Source: the human T2T-CHM13v2.0 reference genome, Homo sapiens. From it: 64,000 nucleotides of DNA. Under the pieces are notes generated by a model. It was not told the origin of the DNA. It ran no database searches and saw nothing but the letters and a program-made list of their open reading frames with translations. How positions within the stretch are numbered: the stretch's first letter is position 1; each line of letters starts with the position of its first letter. Below are positions 18,524 to 36,741 of this stretch, piece after piece. The stretch lies in the NCBI RefSeq assembly GCF_009914755.1, contig NC_060941.1; one strand, given 5' to 3'. The position numbers and the translations under genes were made by a program.

Positions 18524-18898
18524 TGATATGGTTTGGCTGTGTCCCCAACCAAATCTCATCTTGAATTGTAGTTCCCATAATCCCCATGTGTCATGGGAGG
18601 GAGCCAGTATGAGGTAATTTAGTCATGGGGGTGGTTACCCTCATGCTGTTCTCATGATAATGGGTGAGTTCTCACGAGATCTGATGGTTTTATAAGGGAC
18701 TTTACTCCTTTTGCTCGACACTTCTCCTTCCTGCTGCCACGTGAAGAAGGACGTGTTTGCTTCAATTTCTACCATGATTGTAAGTTTCCTGAGACCTCAC
18801 GAGCCATGTTGAACTGTGAGACAATTAAACCTCTTTCCTTTATAAATTACCCAGTCTTAGGTATGTCTTTATTCGCAGTGTGAGAATGGATTAATACA
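18524..18898 (+). mobile_element. Solo THE1 MaLR LTR (THE1D-like)
   Basis: TGATATGGTTTGGCTGTGTCCCC...TAATACA termini; TSD ctatc/ctata. Confidence 0.9.
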
Positions 18899-19421
18899 CT
18901 ATACAACTTCAAATAAGGAAGAGGAAGCTCAGGGAAGCAATTTGCCTAAGGTCACACATCTAGTAAGTGCAGAGAGTGTTTGGATCAGATTTAATTCATG
19001 TTCTTTGCTCTAGGTCCAGTCACATCTTCTATGCCTATCTCAGCTGCTGACACGTGACTCAGCTGCTCCCATTTTCCTTGGAAAAGTAGGAGCTGGAAAG
19101 GACCTCAGTCAGAGGTCATCCACATCAACCATCTCATTTCACTGATGAGGAAACTGAGACTTGGACCAGGTCAGTGGTTGTCATTCACACCCACGTGCCA
19201 TCCATACCCACGTGCCAGTCACTCCAAACTACACACATTTCTCCAAAGGCATCTGGGTGTTCCCACCTCTCTGCTTTTGCTAACAAGTTTCCCTCTGCTG
19301 GAAGTCCCCTTTCTCCTCATTTCACACTGTTAATGATCTTTTCAGCTTTCAAGATTCACTCCAAGCATCATTTCTCTCATCATCTCCTGAGTATCTGCAG
19401 GCTACACTTAGCAATTTCTAC

Positions 19422-19988
19422 TGTGCAGGGGAGTTACCACAGCACGCCTGAGACTGCTAACCTTAGAAAGCCCTGCTTTCAAGGTTGGCCTTTCCAAGGC
19501 TGGCATGTAGGAGCTTGGGTTTCAGGAGAGTTCCCATGATTCCCTGATAAGAGTGGCTCATTGTGCCTGGACTGTTTGTGCAAACAGTATGGCTTATGTG
19601 AAACACCTGCTTTCCTTCTGGGAGTCTGGAATCTTGGTGCATGCTAGGCAGAGGTTGGCTACATGACCAGCCCTCAGTAAAAACTTTGGGTACTCAGTCT
19701 CTAATGAGCTTCCCTGATAATGGACAACATTTCACACTTGTCACAGCGCATTGCTAGAGGAATTAAACGTGTCCTGTGTGATTCCACTGAGAGAGGCTCT
19801 TGGAAGCTTGCCCCTGGTGGCTTCCAGACTTTGCCCCATGTGCCTTTTCCCTTTGCTAATTTTGCTTTATATCCTTTCATGGTAATAAATTACAGCCATG
19901 CTGATGGCTATACTTTGAGTTCTGTGAGTCCTCCAAGCAAATCACTGGACCTGGGAGTCTTGAGTGGTCTTAGGGATCCCCAGCGCAC
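19422..19988 (+). mobile_element. MER21-family LTR
   Basis: GCCTGAGACTGCTAACCTTAGAAAG...CAAGGTTGGCC start; TAATAAAT near the 3' end. Confidence 0.7.
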
Positions 19989-20099
19989 CTGCTATATGTT
20001 CTGCCATATGCTTGAATATAGATTTCCTGCATTAACACTCAAATGCTGCAATGTTTTGGTTTATGAATCTCTCACTCACACTGTCAAAAAGCAAGTTTG

Positions 20100-20895
<796 letters not shown>

Positions 20896-20924
20896 TGTTT
20901 ATAGCAAGGGAACAGCAAGAGAGT

Positions 20925-21425
20925 TTTGGTAGCCAGCTTCCAAGATGGCTCCCAATCATCCCTGCACCTGTTTTCATGCCTTCTCCCATTGAGTAGGGTC
21001 AACTTATGTAATCGCTAGGTTATTGGGGAAATAATGGTGTGTGACTTCTGAGGTTAGGCCATAAAAGATATTATGGTTTCTGTCTTACTCTTTTGAGTCA
21101 CTTATTCCAGGGGAAGTCAGCTGCCATGTTGTGAGGACACTCAAGCAATCCTATGGAGAGGCCCATGTGATGAGGAACTGAAGCCTCCTGCCAACAGCCA
21201 TGTGAGGGCACCATCTTGGAAGCAGATCCGCCAACTTCACCCAAGCCTTCAGATGAATATAGCCCTGACCGACATCTTCACTACAATCTCATGAGAGAAC
21301 CTGCGCCAGCACTACCTAGCTATGATGCTGCAAAATTCCTGACCCATAGAAACTGTGAGATAATAAATGCTTGTTGTGTTAAGCCACAAGTTTTGTGGAA
21401 ATTTGTTACTCAGCAATAACTAACA
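20925..21425 (+). mobile_element. MLT1-family LTR (MLT1F-like)
   Basis: CCAAGATGGCTCCCAAT...GAAACTGTGAGATAATAAATGCTTGTTGT. Confidence 0.7.
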
Positions 21426-21599
21426 TGAGAGTTAGCTGAAGGTCACATTCTTGTTGAGTAGTGGAAAGGGTTTTGTTAACCCTTCACCCACTGTGGTTCA
21501 CTTGATAAATGATAGATGAATAAAGAGTGAAAATGAGCACAAAAGTGCCTAAGAAAATTTTCTTCTTTATTGGATGAGGAAAGGGTCTGGAACAAACTA

Positions 21600-22090
21600 A
21601 TGTAAAATTGAGAAAGGATGAGGGGTATAATCAGAATGACATACAAGCAATGAAAATGAATGAGCTAGAGCTAAACACTACTACATATATTAATATTAGC
21701 TGCATAGTGTTGAGTAAAAAAAGCTAGTCCAGAAGACAAAATAGTGTAAGACATCCTTTTGATAAAGTTTTAAAAAAGTGAAACCAATGTATTGTTTAGA
21801 TATAAATGGCTGTGATAAAACAAAAAACTCCAAAGGCAAGAGCATAAACTTTACAAAGTTTATCATAGTGGTCACTCCTATAGACAGGGAAGCAGGAGGA
21901 TTGGTCAGAGAGGAGCATGTTGTAACTCTAAGTTATTGGTCATGTTGGTTCATGAAATATTCCTAATACTATTAAATAAATCTAAATAGAATAAAATAAA
22001 TAGAAAGGGCCACGCATAGAACAAAGATGTTTTTGTACCAGGGACTGAGAATTATGACTAACCCAATCCAATAAGCCTGAGGTCCAATAA
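21600..22090 (+). mobile_element. Old L1M 3' UTR fragment
   Basis: GCAATGAAAATGAATGAGCTAGAGCTA; A-rich. Confidence 0.55.
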
Positions 22091-22164
22091 AAAGGGTGGT
22101 GGTGATGGGGGTTAGTCTAAGGCCTGAAGAAAGGGAGGGATGTTAACACTTTAAACACTGATAG

Positions 22165-22507
<343 letters not shown>

Positions 22508-23244
22508 ATCTCCTTGTTCTGATTGCAAGCTCACTATATGTCTCAGTACAATATAAGAATCTAGTCTCCCATGTAGATCTTCCTACAGGAAAGAAACACA
22601 CTGTTGGCAAATACAATGATCCAGTCTGACTGATAATTATGTTTTTCACTAGAAAGGAATTAACTCACACTCCAGGTTTATACATCAACTTCTTTTAGTT
22701 TGGTTAGCATGTGACCTCTGGATCCTGCTTACCTCTGTGTGAACTAATGGAACCAGCGTTTTGGCCCTACAGAGTGAAGGACAGGATACTGGAAGAAGAC
22801 AGTCCAAGGCATTGTTACCCAGTCATCCCCAGTCAGGTCTTGTTTGAAACTCCAACAGTTTAGTAATATACTAGTAAGTCAATTTGTAGCTCTACTTGAA
22901 GAAGGTTTGTGCCAAACAAGATAGTTTCAGTAACTAAGCTATGTTGAGTGATGTTCAAAACAATTGTTCTAAATTTTATTCTATGTCAGAGCAAGGTTCC
23001 AATGAATATCAATGCAAATATACAACACATTTAAATGGTTTTTAATTACATTCTATTTATACAGTTAGCAAATGTTGATCACATCTTATTAAAATAGGTC
23101 CATCTAGGAGACTGTGAACAAATTTCTAGGTTTGTCATTAAGAATCCCTGAATCTACTGAATTTTAGAATTTCGACACAATTCACATTTTTTCCAAATAA
23201 TTATTTCTACTGTTTTATAAATAACTGTATATTGATAATGTTTG

Positions 23245-24109
23245 CTCAATAATATTGAGATGTTATTTACTGTTCATGATGTGTGCAGGAGGAAGTCCAA
23301 GGCCAGGTTTTGTTCATTTCCTTTTCCAGGTGTTATATGGCTTGTGGCACTTCACTAACTAGGAATCATTTTCTTGAACGTTCACAAAACAGAAACTATC
23401 CTAACCGAAATCCAGTCAGATGATTTCAAAAAAGTAGATCTGAAATGCCTTTTGAGAGCTGCGAGTGCCTTCTGAGCAGTCCTGTGCCCAGGTGAATGCT
23501 TTATGTCAGCATTTTGCAAAATGTGTTCTGGGAAAAACCACATGGGAGGGATATTAATAGAGTGTTACTTTAAAGTTTCTGTGGTTAAAATGCTAGAGAA
23601 ACACCAGACTAAACAAAGTTAAGCAAGTTCATCACGGCAGGCCTTCTCTGAACGATCTAATATTCTATTAACTGTGTTAAGAGACTGGCAGATTCCTCCC
23701 TCCCTCCCTCCCCCCGCTCTTTCTCTCTTTCTTTTTTCTTTCTTTCCTTCTTTTTCTCTTTTCTTTTCTTTTCCCTCCCTCCCTCCCTCTCTTTCCTTTT
23801 CTTTTGTCTCTCTCTCTCTCTCTTTTTCTTATTTTCGCCTCAGGAACACATAATGGCAAATGCTTCTTTATAGGGAATATTTCCCAACACAATCTCATAG
23901 AAGTGTCAGAGAAGGTATATCAGTTTCACACATGAATAGTTTCCGTTTTATGGATAGTTTCCGTTTTATAAATGTTCAAGAAAATGATTCATAATCACTG
24001 AACTGCCACAAGCCATGTAACACCTGGAAATGGAAATGAACAAAACCCGGCCTTGGCCTTCCTCCAGCATACATCATGAACAGTAAAATAACATCTCAAA
24101 ATTATTGAG
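23245..24109. repeat. Inverted repeat, arms 23245-23401 and 23952-24109, 550-bp spacer
   Basis: Reverse-complement alignment by hand gives ~141/158 identity. Confidence 0.92.
23507..23865. mobile_element. MER103-like hAT DNA transposon relic with internal CT-rich tract (23695-23830)
   Basis: CAGCATTTTGCAAAATGTGTTC...TAAACAAAGTTAA...GGAACACATAATGGCAAATGCT. Confidence 0.6.
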
Positions 24110-24188
24110 GAACTAACACCTGTGGTAAGTGGCTGCCCTGGTAGAGAATCCAGGCCAGTATTCTCAAACTAGTAGTCTACAATCATGA

Positions 24189-24386
<198 letters not shown>

Positions 24387-24601
24387 TGATTTTGTCTTCA
24401 CCCTCCTCTCCCATAGGGAGGACGTTAGGACCCTTTCTACCCCTGTACCTCCAATCCTCCTTCCAAGTGGCACTGTCTGCATAGTTCTTGTACTCTACTC
24501 TTCCAGGCTCATAGTTCCTCATCTTCTGAACTAATCTTCTTCCCCATTATGTGGTCACAATACTAAAGTGCATTTTTTGTTTGTTTGTTTTGGTTACTTG
24601 A

Positions 24602-24966
<365 letters not shown>

Positions 24967-25059
24967 TAAATTAAATACTTTTAAGTTGCAGTGTCACCAT
25001 TATTTTTTTCGAGCCTGTAGGGGTTATAAAAAGGAAAGTCCAGAGCTTAGGTATTGGAG

Positions 25060-25560
25060 GGGCCGATCTCGAGGTAGCACTTAGGCGAAAGGGATCCCGG
25101 CGCTATGGGCTTCAAGGGGGCCCCTCCGAAAAGCCTTCCACCCCGGCCCCCAATCCCGCGGCGCGCGAGTTCCGTGGAGGAGGCCGCCCGCGGCCCCAGA
25201 GTCGGCATTAGGGGTTCGCGTCCACCCGGCAAGGCCTCCCGTGAGCCCAGAGCAGGGACCTAAGAGGATGCGAGAAACCCTCCAGCAGAAAAAACCCCGC
25301 AAACTCAGTGCACTCAGGACGCTGTCTGAAAGAAGCCGAAAGTGGGCAACCGCCGGAAGCCGACACCCTGAGCCCGCATTTCCTCTCTAGGAATCCGGAG
25401 GTTTCCGCATCTCTATGGTCTGGGCCTCGAGCGGCGGAGCCTGTGGTCTCTGGCGCAAAGGAAAGTGAACTCCCAGCGAGGAGGGGAAGGAGCATCGGCT
25501 TGTCTCTTCGCGATCCCTTTCCTACCCCTTCTCACTCGTGCGCACCTGGCAGTACCACCA
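25060..25560. promoter_or_regulatory. Orphan CpG-rich island
   Basis: Dense CpG outside recognisable repeats (e.g. CCCGCGGCGCGCGAG); ETS-like CCGGAAG 25353-25359; no coding exon found. Confidence 0.6.
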
Positions 25561-27275
25561 GCAGAGCCTCGGAAATTGCTTTCATCACGATTTAACAAAA
25601 TGAAGACACAGGAACACAATAGGACACCCCCAAACTCAACAAGTTTCTCTAGCTTTTTGCCAGTAGTGTAGCGCACATGCATTTTTAAAATTTAGATGAA
25701 GTCTAACATTCATGCAATAACACAGCTGAAATGACGAGTAATAACAATAATAATAACCCAGAAATGTTTGACATTTGAAGTTCCTTTTGAGTTTGAACCC
25801 CAGGCTGGAACTGGATGAGCTGGCGTCGTCTCTCAGCACAGACCCTGTCCTCTGGTCCCTAAGGCCGCGAGCAGGAGAGACACACCTGTTCTTCCACTTG
25901 CTCCCAGGGCTCCAGCTGGCCCATCTGTTGATTCGAAGGTTCATGCTAACCAACTTACATATACTTTCTTATTTGTATTTTCCACTCTAAAAAGGGATAG
26001 GGAAAACAATGCAAATATAAATAACTGCAGAATCTACTAAAATTAGAATTGTCTAGGTTTACAAAACATATGGCATCCAACACAAATAAGGGTGTGGTGA
26101 AATTTGTTCATTCTGAGCAGACAGAATGTAAATATATGCATCCTGTTGAAAAACTACTTGGCATTTTATATCAAAAGCCACCGTGACTCATGGGATCCCA
26201 TCTGTGAAAATTTATCTCAAGCAAATAATGCAAGAGAAAGGAAAAGCTGTATTTTTGAAGTGATTCTGCAATGGACAACTACTGTTATTGTTCGCCCAAC
26301 ATTCAGTTTTTCTTTTAATGATTTTAACAGTAGGATTTTTCTGTGGGAAACCTACTAGCCCTCAATCCACTTCTGGGGTGGGCCCATGACCCAGGCCTGG
26401 CCAATGAGAATATCCCAGCATGGCAAGGCAGTAAGACATGAAGTCATGAGCCAGGCTGAAGGCCCCGAGTCCTGGCTCTGCTGCTTAACAGATGCATGAA
26501 TGTCAGCTTGTTATTCAGCTTCTCTGACTCTCAGTATACTCATTTGTTGAATGGGCACATTAATAGTCCCCTGCCTCACAGGGGTAAAGATTAAATGAAT
26601 GAAGCAGGTGTAACAGGGCTTGTTATGTCCTACCATGATCAGTTCCTACCTCTGTGACTCTGATCAATATTTCCTATGTCTAGCACGCTTTATTACCACC
26701 TTTCCTTTCTTTCCTTTTCTTTTTACTTTCCACATGTTGCAATATCATCTACTGCATTATCCTAGACATTTATTTTATATTTTTCTTTCCTCCGGGGAAT
26801 ACCCTGAAGGTGGGACTGTGTCTTATTCATCTTTGTACTCTGGTTGCTTAACACAGTTCCCACCCCAGAAATGGTGCTCAATAAAGGCTTCTTGAAGAAA
26901 CGGAATAGCCTTGAGCCCAGAGATGAGAAAGAAGTTGGAACAACTAGTGAAAAGGTGATAAATCCTAGATGATAAACAAAAGGGGAATAGAGAGAACCAC
27001 ATGAATATGAACAATTTTCTTTAAAAAACAAAAAAAAACTTGATCCCTGGGGATTGCAGACTCCTTATCTCCCTAGCCCTGGACTGGCTCCCATGTGGTG
27101 GACAGATGAGTTCTAAGGACAGACTTGTGCCTAAGATTCACTTTCTGAATTACTGCTTCCTTTTTCTGCCTTAGGAATCATCTCTTCCCTTGGAGACTAA
27201 CAGGAGAAATTAGCATTCTTTTCAGATAGATCCAATCTGCCTTCAGGAAAGACCACCCCGCATGGCCAATATTCA

Positions 27276-27434
<159 letters not shown>

Positions 27435-27991
27435 CTAGCGAGACCCCCATCTCAACAAAGATATAGTAAGACACTAGGGAAAGGACAGGCTTCATTAGGT
27501 GCCTGGAGGAGATGGGTCAGGCCAGCCTGGAAACCCTCGAAAACCCTTTCTAATGAGTGATTGCTCATCTTTTGATGGTGATACTGAACGAGTGATACCA
27601 GCATCAATTTCTCTGCTGTACAAGACCCTCCTGGAATCCATCTGAGACTCAGAAATTCTCAGGTTTGAAAGAGATGGACAGCAGCACAGTTTGCCATTGA
27701 GTATAGAGTAGATCTCATCTACAACTTTGGACTGTGGCCACTGAAGCTGGGAACACTCCAAAGACACCCAGTTCCCTGGTCTGTGAGATCATCTGCTTAA
27801 AGTACAAAATTAGTTGTTAGAAAGTTTTTCCATGAAGTCCTAATTAGTATTAATGTAATAGTGTCTTAATTCAGGTATTGGTAACCCTTAGCAATCTTCG
27901 GTGAAGCATCCAGAACCTAACAGATAGAGGACTTCCTGACTTAACCGACTTCTCCTACCACCAGATTCTGCAATTTAGCAAACATTTTCAC

Positions 27992-28316
<325 letters not shown>

Positions 28317-28527
28317 TAATTATAATTTTTTAAGAATAATTTGATTTTCTCATAGCAAGCAAATGAATTATTAGAAAGTGGAGGCTTTGCCCAGGGGTAC
28401 GCATGTTAGTAAGCAGCCAAACCAAGACTCAGCCATGGTTTATTTTGTTCTGAATCCTGTGCTGTTTCCATGACTGCAGTGCTCGGCCTCCCTGAACTGC
28501 TAGATAACAGTGACATAAATTCAGTGA

Positions 28528-29325
<798 letters not shown>

Positions 29326-29997
29326 ATGAAAGTAGCAAATGTGGCAGACTTAAAGCTGAGAGGAGGGAAGACCTAACTCATGAGGGATGGGACACTTGGA
29401 GCAAACAGAGGGTCCTGGGATCTAGAGGTTTCACAAGGATGAACAACAGGTAAGTGAACCCTGAGCAGAACTGAATGCTGGACTTAGAGGGCAAATATAC
29501 AAGTTCAGACTTTCCAAGACGACTCAGCTCAAAGTTAAGATCGGGATATGGCCATGGAAGTGGATAGCTGAAGTGAAGCAGAAGCAAAGATCGCTGGAAG
29601 GGAGGAGGTTAAGGTCAGAAGGTTGGGGAATTCATCCACTGGGACCCTGAAATCACCCAGGATGGACAAGAGGAGGATGTGGGTAAGGTGCTCAAGTTCT
29701 GTGGGGGAAAATCTGGAGGAAGACAAGAGTGCAAGGAGGAGGAGAGGGGTGGAGAGGGGTGTGTACGTCTCAGAGGAGGAAAGGTTTAGCACCAAAGTAG
29801 AAGAGCGATGCCTCAGAAGTGGCAATGGGAAGCTTGGGGAACTCCTAATACCAGCCTGGAAATAGGGTGATGACAGGGGAGTAAAGCAACCTCCCCTGTA
29901 ATGGATGTGACACCCCGGAGGACAAGCCCAGTTGCCCTTAGGAGGAAGATCTAGTAGAATATTCCAGGAGGACAGAATGCTCATTCTATTATCATTA

Positions 29998-30678
<681 letters not shown>

Positions 30679-30801
30679 TCAGTAGGGTGGCTTCAATTTT
30701 GAACTCAGAAGGAATCTCTACTAAAGATAAAGAAAGATGAGAAAAAAAGGACAATTAGCTTTTCCAAGGTTCAGGTGATGTAATAAGACATAAAGATAAA
30801 G

Positions 30802-30865
30802 ATGGATGGACGGATGGATGGATGGATGGATAAATGGTTAGATAGACAGATAGATTGATTGATTC
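30802..30865. repeat. (GGAT)n/(GATA)n simple repeat
   Basis: Tetranucleotide runs. Confidence 0.85.
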
Positions 30866-31811
30866 GCAGATAGAGAAAGCGATTATTAGGTTCATACATC
30901 AAAACAAAGATAAATGAACCTAGGGAAAGTGGATCTTTAGAAGCAACACCTGAACTGGATTAAAAATGCATTCTTGCAGCATTTAATGTTTCTTTGTGTC
31001 TCCTGTATCAATCATCTCCCTGTGCCCTTCCAGACATTTCCATTTCTGGGAAAACCAAGGGTAAAATGGGCAGGAGTTTTGGAAAATCCCTTGCTTTGGA
31101 AAACCATAAGACAGACACTTGTTCCCTATCACCCTCTCAGCTCCTTACAAAGAGCGGTGGTGGCTGCTGGAAGCTGAAGGAGGAGGTGGGACCCCCCAAC
31201 CTCCAACACACAGCTGTGGTGCCTGAGCCATCCCGTCACAGTCAGGCAAGGGGAGAATCTGGGCAGTTGGCAGAAACACCGAGGGAGCCACAAGCCTCCA
31301 GGTGGATCTTGGGGGCCTGTGTCAGTAGAGGACCCTCAGTTGGCGTGCATTCTGTTTAAGCATCCTTTGCAGGGTGGGAGTGTTTAGCCAAAGAAAGGGG
31401 CTTCAGTAAGATTAATACAAATGGAGTGCAGCAATTAGTACATTTTCCTGAGGTCTTTTTTTCTAAAGTAGGTCCCTCTTGCTCCAACCCCGATCTCTGT
31501 CTGATAACTTGTGGGGAATGTTGATGGTAGCACTCAGCTCTTTTGAATGTCTGCCACATGGAATCCCATTTTGGGGCGGCTGGTCTAAGTTCAGAGGGGC
31601 CTTGACTTAGGGGGAGCACTGTTCCCACTCTGCTACACCTCAGGGCTGATTGAACTTTTTACTCTACTCAGAATACTGACCTCATAGGATTTCAAAATTT
31701 GAGGGGACTTTTGAATTCATCACGTCTGATTCTTTCTGAAATTACATATTACTAGTGAGAAACTAGAGAATCAGAGAGGTTAGGTAACTTGATCAAAGTC
31801 ACCCATCCTCA

Positions 31812-32365
<554 letters not shown>

Positions 32366-34369
32366 CAAAAGGCCCCTATCTGGTCAGAAGCAGAGGAGGG
32401 ATAAGAGCACACATCTTGTGCTTCGTGGTCTTCACACCGCCCTAACCCCAGCACTGTCTTAAAACCAAAGCTTATTCTAAGTCATAAAAGTACCTTTACC
32501 CATATTGTCATTTTTTTAAAACTCTGTATTTATAAATTTTCTATAATAAAAAATAATAACACCCTTAAAACAAGTAGCAAATGCCCTTCAACAGTTCCAA
32601 TCTGACCCGGTCCTTAGATGGAATTGTACCCTACAGAATTGGGAAGGGGTGGGGAACAGAGAAAGGTGTGATTTTTTTTCTTTTTTCCTGTGTTCATCTT
32701 GAGCAATGCATGTGCAAAATATCTTTTCTGGATGCATCAAGTGAATTTAATTTAGGATAAAAAAATTGAGAGGAACCAGGTTTCTATTATAGGACTGTGG
32801 TTTGTGGTGGTAGCTGGTGGTCCCCACTAGGTCGAAATAGTTTCCGTACAACCCCTAGATGAGGAAGATGCAGGAAGCCTTCTAGGAAGTACCAACTCTT
32901 CTTTTTCTCCTTCTTTCCCTGATCAAACACCCAGGGCCACGAGGTGTGGCCAGCTTCCGGAGGTCCAACATAGCTTCTTTGTGGAGCATGTGGAAGTGCA
33001 GAGATAAAGGTTGGTGTGTCCAACCATCACTTCCCTTTATTGTTGAACTTGGGCTGACCCATGAGGAGCATAGAGACTCTGCCCAGCTGGCTCGATATGC
33101 TCAGTGTGGAAAATGAGGCCCTTTGGTTTCCCACCAGAGTATGTCTTCATGCTGTATTGCCTAAAAGGACCTAAGAAGAAACATTCATGCAACTGAAGGT
33201 TTTTCTGTCTGTATGATTTTTTTAGAATTGCAGATGTAATATACACGTATCATAATTTCAAACAAGACAATTAGATGAAATGTAAGCAAGGGTAAAGGAT
33301 GGGCAGTGACTCTGGGAGTCAGATGAACCCGACACCATTTCTGTCCAGGTCAGGGAGATGTCTCTTTGTGCACGTGTGGGAGGTGCTGTACCTGAGTTGT
33401 TCAAAGTGCTGGGGGACGGTGGATGAACTCTGAGACCGAGATCTGGGTGTGCACACTACCATAGACATTTAACCCATACGCTGCCTCTTCACACTGTGCC
33501 TCCCCTGTGTCCCTCCCAGCCACCAGAATTTTTGCCCTTCTCTGCCTGACTTCTGTGCTCCAGGAGGCTAACTCTAAAAGACTGCAGACCCATTGCCCTC
33601 TGGATTTGGGTCAAGACTGAACACCGGGAGGAAACAGGAGATGGAGGGCAGGAGGAGAGAGAGCCAGGATATGTATTCCCTCAGGTTTTCTCCTTCCAAG
33701 ATGACAGACCCCCCCAGCAGGGCCCTGGCTCTCCATCCTTAAATGCCTAGATAATGCATAATAGCTTTCCACGGTTGCTATTATATTACCTGGGATCTTT
33801 AACATCCCTTAGTGGCTCCTTTAACCCTGCCCCACTTCTAAGAAGTCCCTTCATGGAAGTCTTGGCCTGGCAGCGGTCTGAAACATCCATCCTGTTGAAA
33901 TGAACTGTTTAAGTTTCTGTCTCTTTTTCCAGACTTTGAGAGGGGCACAAAGGCAGGGAACATGTCCTTTTAAGCTTTAGTGCAGCGCTTGGACTGAACT
34001 AAATTGTTGGGTTGACTAGGGGTGTTGCGACATTTTATTGAGATGATCTTAGACCTGGATTTTAAAGGGCACTGCTGCTTGCGTGTGCTGTCTGGATGAA
34101 CACATGACTGTACCGAGATGAGGTTTTAGCCTACAGGGAACAAGGTCCAGGACTATGTAGATCATGTTGTACAATACCCAGGGCAGCATGAGTCCGCTTA
34201 GGGTCTGAATCACACTCTTTTGTTGATATTGATGCAGAGGATACTGGTCACAAAACTGATGATGATGTTGATGATAATGGAATGTCCATTTACTGACTCA
34301 GTCAGAGTCACAGGAGGATTTAATTTTAGTACTGGTTTATTGCAAGGTAATATTTGTTTTTTTGGTCCT

Positions 34370-34920
34370 TTTTTTTTTTTTGAGACAGAGTCTCACTCTG
34401 TCACCCAGGCTGGAGTGCAGTGGCACGATTTTGGCTGACTGCAACCTCTGCCTCCTGGGTTCAAGCGATTCTCCTGCCTCAGCCTCCTAGGTAGCTGGGA
34501 TTATAGGCATCTGCCACCATGCCCAGCTAATTTTTGTATTTTTAGTAGAGATGGGGTTTTACCATGTTGGCCAGGTTGGTCTTGAACTCCTGATCTCAAG
34601 TGATCCACCTGCCTTGGCCTCCCAAAGTGCTGGTAGTATAACAGGCATCAGCCACTGTGCCTGGCCTCAGTTTTTGTTTTTTTTTGGAGACAGGGTCTCA
34701 CTCTGTCACCCAGGCTGGAGTACAGTAGTGATCCTGAGCTCAAGTGATCCTCCTGCCTCAGCCTCTCCAGTAGCTGGGACTACAGGTACGCACCACCATG
34801 CCTGGCTAATTTTTAAAACTTTTTGTAGAGACAGGATCTGACTATGTTATCCAGGTTGGGTCTGAAACTCCAGGCCTCAAGTGACCCACCCGACTCAACC
34901 TTCCAAAGCACTGAGATGAC
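34370..34920 (-). mobile_element. Two antisense Alus (34370-34666, 34676-34920)
   Basis: Antisense consensus; the second is truncated by the templated copy. Confidence 0.9.
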
Positions 34921-35023
34921 AGTGAGCCAAGATTGCACCACTGCACTACAGCCTGGGCAACAGAGAGAGACTCCATCTCAAAATAAATAAATAAATACAT
35001 AAGCAAACAAACAAACAAACAAA

Positions 35024-35058
<35 letters not shown>

Positions 35059-35265
35059 ATTCTGGCTGTGTCTACCTGGGTATGGGATTGATTGATCCAT
35101 GACTGGGAAATTTTGGACAAGTCTGTTAGAAAGAAGGTGAGGGGCTCTTCTTGAAAGGCTCTTAAGAAGGTAGTAGGCCAGGTGCAGTGGCTCGCGCCTG
35201 TAATCTCGGCACTTTGGGAAGCCGAGGTGAGTGGATCGCTTGAGCTCAGGAGTTCAAACCTGGGT
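34920..35265 (+). repeat. Recent direct copy of 28803-29116
   Basis: 35060-35265 reads identical to 28911-29116 (206 nt), including non-Alu sequence; differences lie in the Alu 3' end and A-rich tail. Confidence 0.95.
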
Positions 35266-35444
35266 TTCTATCTTGATGGGAGTGCTGGTAAACAGGGAAA
35301 TAAGTTTGCCAAAACTCATCCAACTATTCTTAAAATTAGAGCATGTAATTGTATGTAAACTGTACCTTGAATATAAACTTTACCTCAATTAAAAGGTTTA
35401 TGTCCCTTTCCATTTAATCCCTGACCCAAACCCTCCAAATTTCT

Positions 35445-35748
<304 letters not shown>

Positions 35749-36372
35749 TAAACTTCTTGACCTTGTGTCCAACAAACTCCTAGTCACCACCCTCAAATTA
35801 TGCTAATCCTTGCCTCTGCACCTTTTCTTGTGCTGTTCCCTGTGAGGAAACTTAGCTTGCCCCTACACCTGGTTAACTTCCTATCTTCTTTTAAGACTCC
35901 TCTTCCAGGAAGCCTTCCTGATCTTCTCTTCCATTCAGGATGGGTGAGGTGCCTTTCCACAAAATCCTGTATTGCATTGACTACATCTTCATCACACATA
36001 GATTTTATTTTATAACATTTTTGTCTAAATATTCTTTTTCCACTTTAAACTCTGAGCTCTTTGAGACAGGAACTGGGTCATATTCTTTTTTTCTTTTTTA
36101 TATTTGTATTTTTCTGGTCTTATTCTCATAGAAAGGACTGAGTCATATTCTGCTTTGAATTCCAGACTCTAGCAAAATGGCTGGCAAACAATATGTTTGT
36201 TGATTAAATAAATCGATGAATTAAATCAATTTTTTCCCCTAGGACACTGGCATGAAACTTTGAATACCATATTATATGACAGGCTCTTTCAGTTGCAAGA
36301 AACAAAGACTCAGATATGTGGGAGGATTCCAGAAGATACCCTTGCCCTTGGTAAGGCACTGACCCAACTTAG

Positions 36373-36741
<369 letters not shown>

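Noticed and set aside
26252-26275. TTTTTGAAGTGATTCTGCAATGGA resembles the start of RGS9 exon 3
   Set aside because: The match is short, has no AG acceptor, does not extend, and sits in L1M-like sequence. I found no convincing copies of exons 3-6 upstream.
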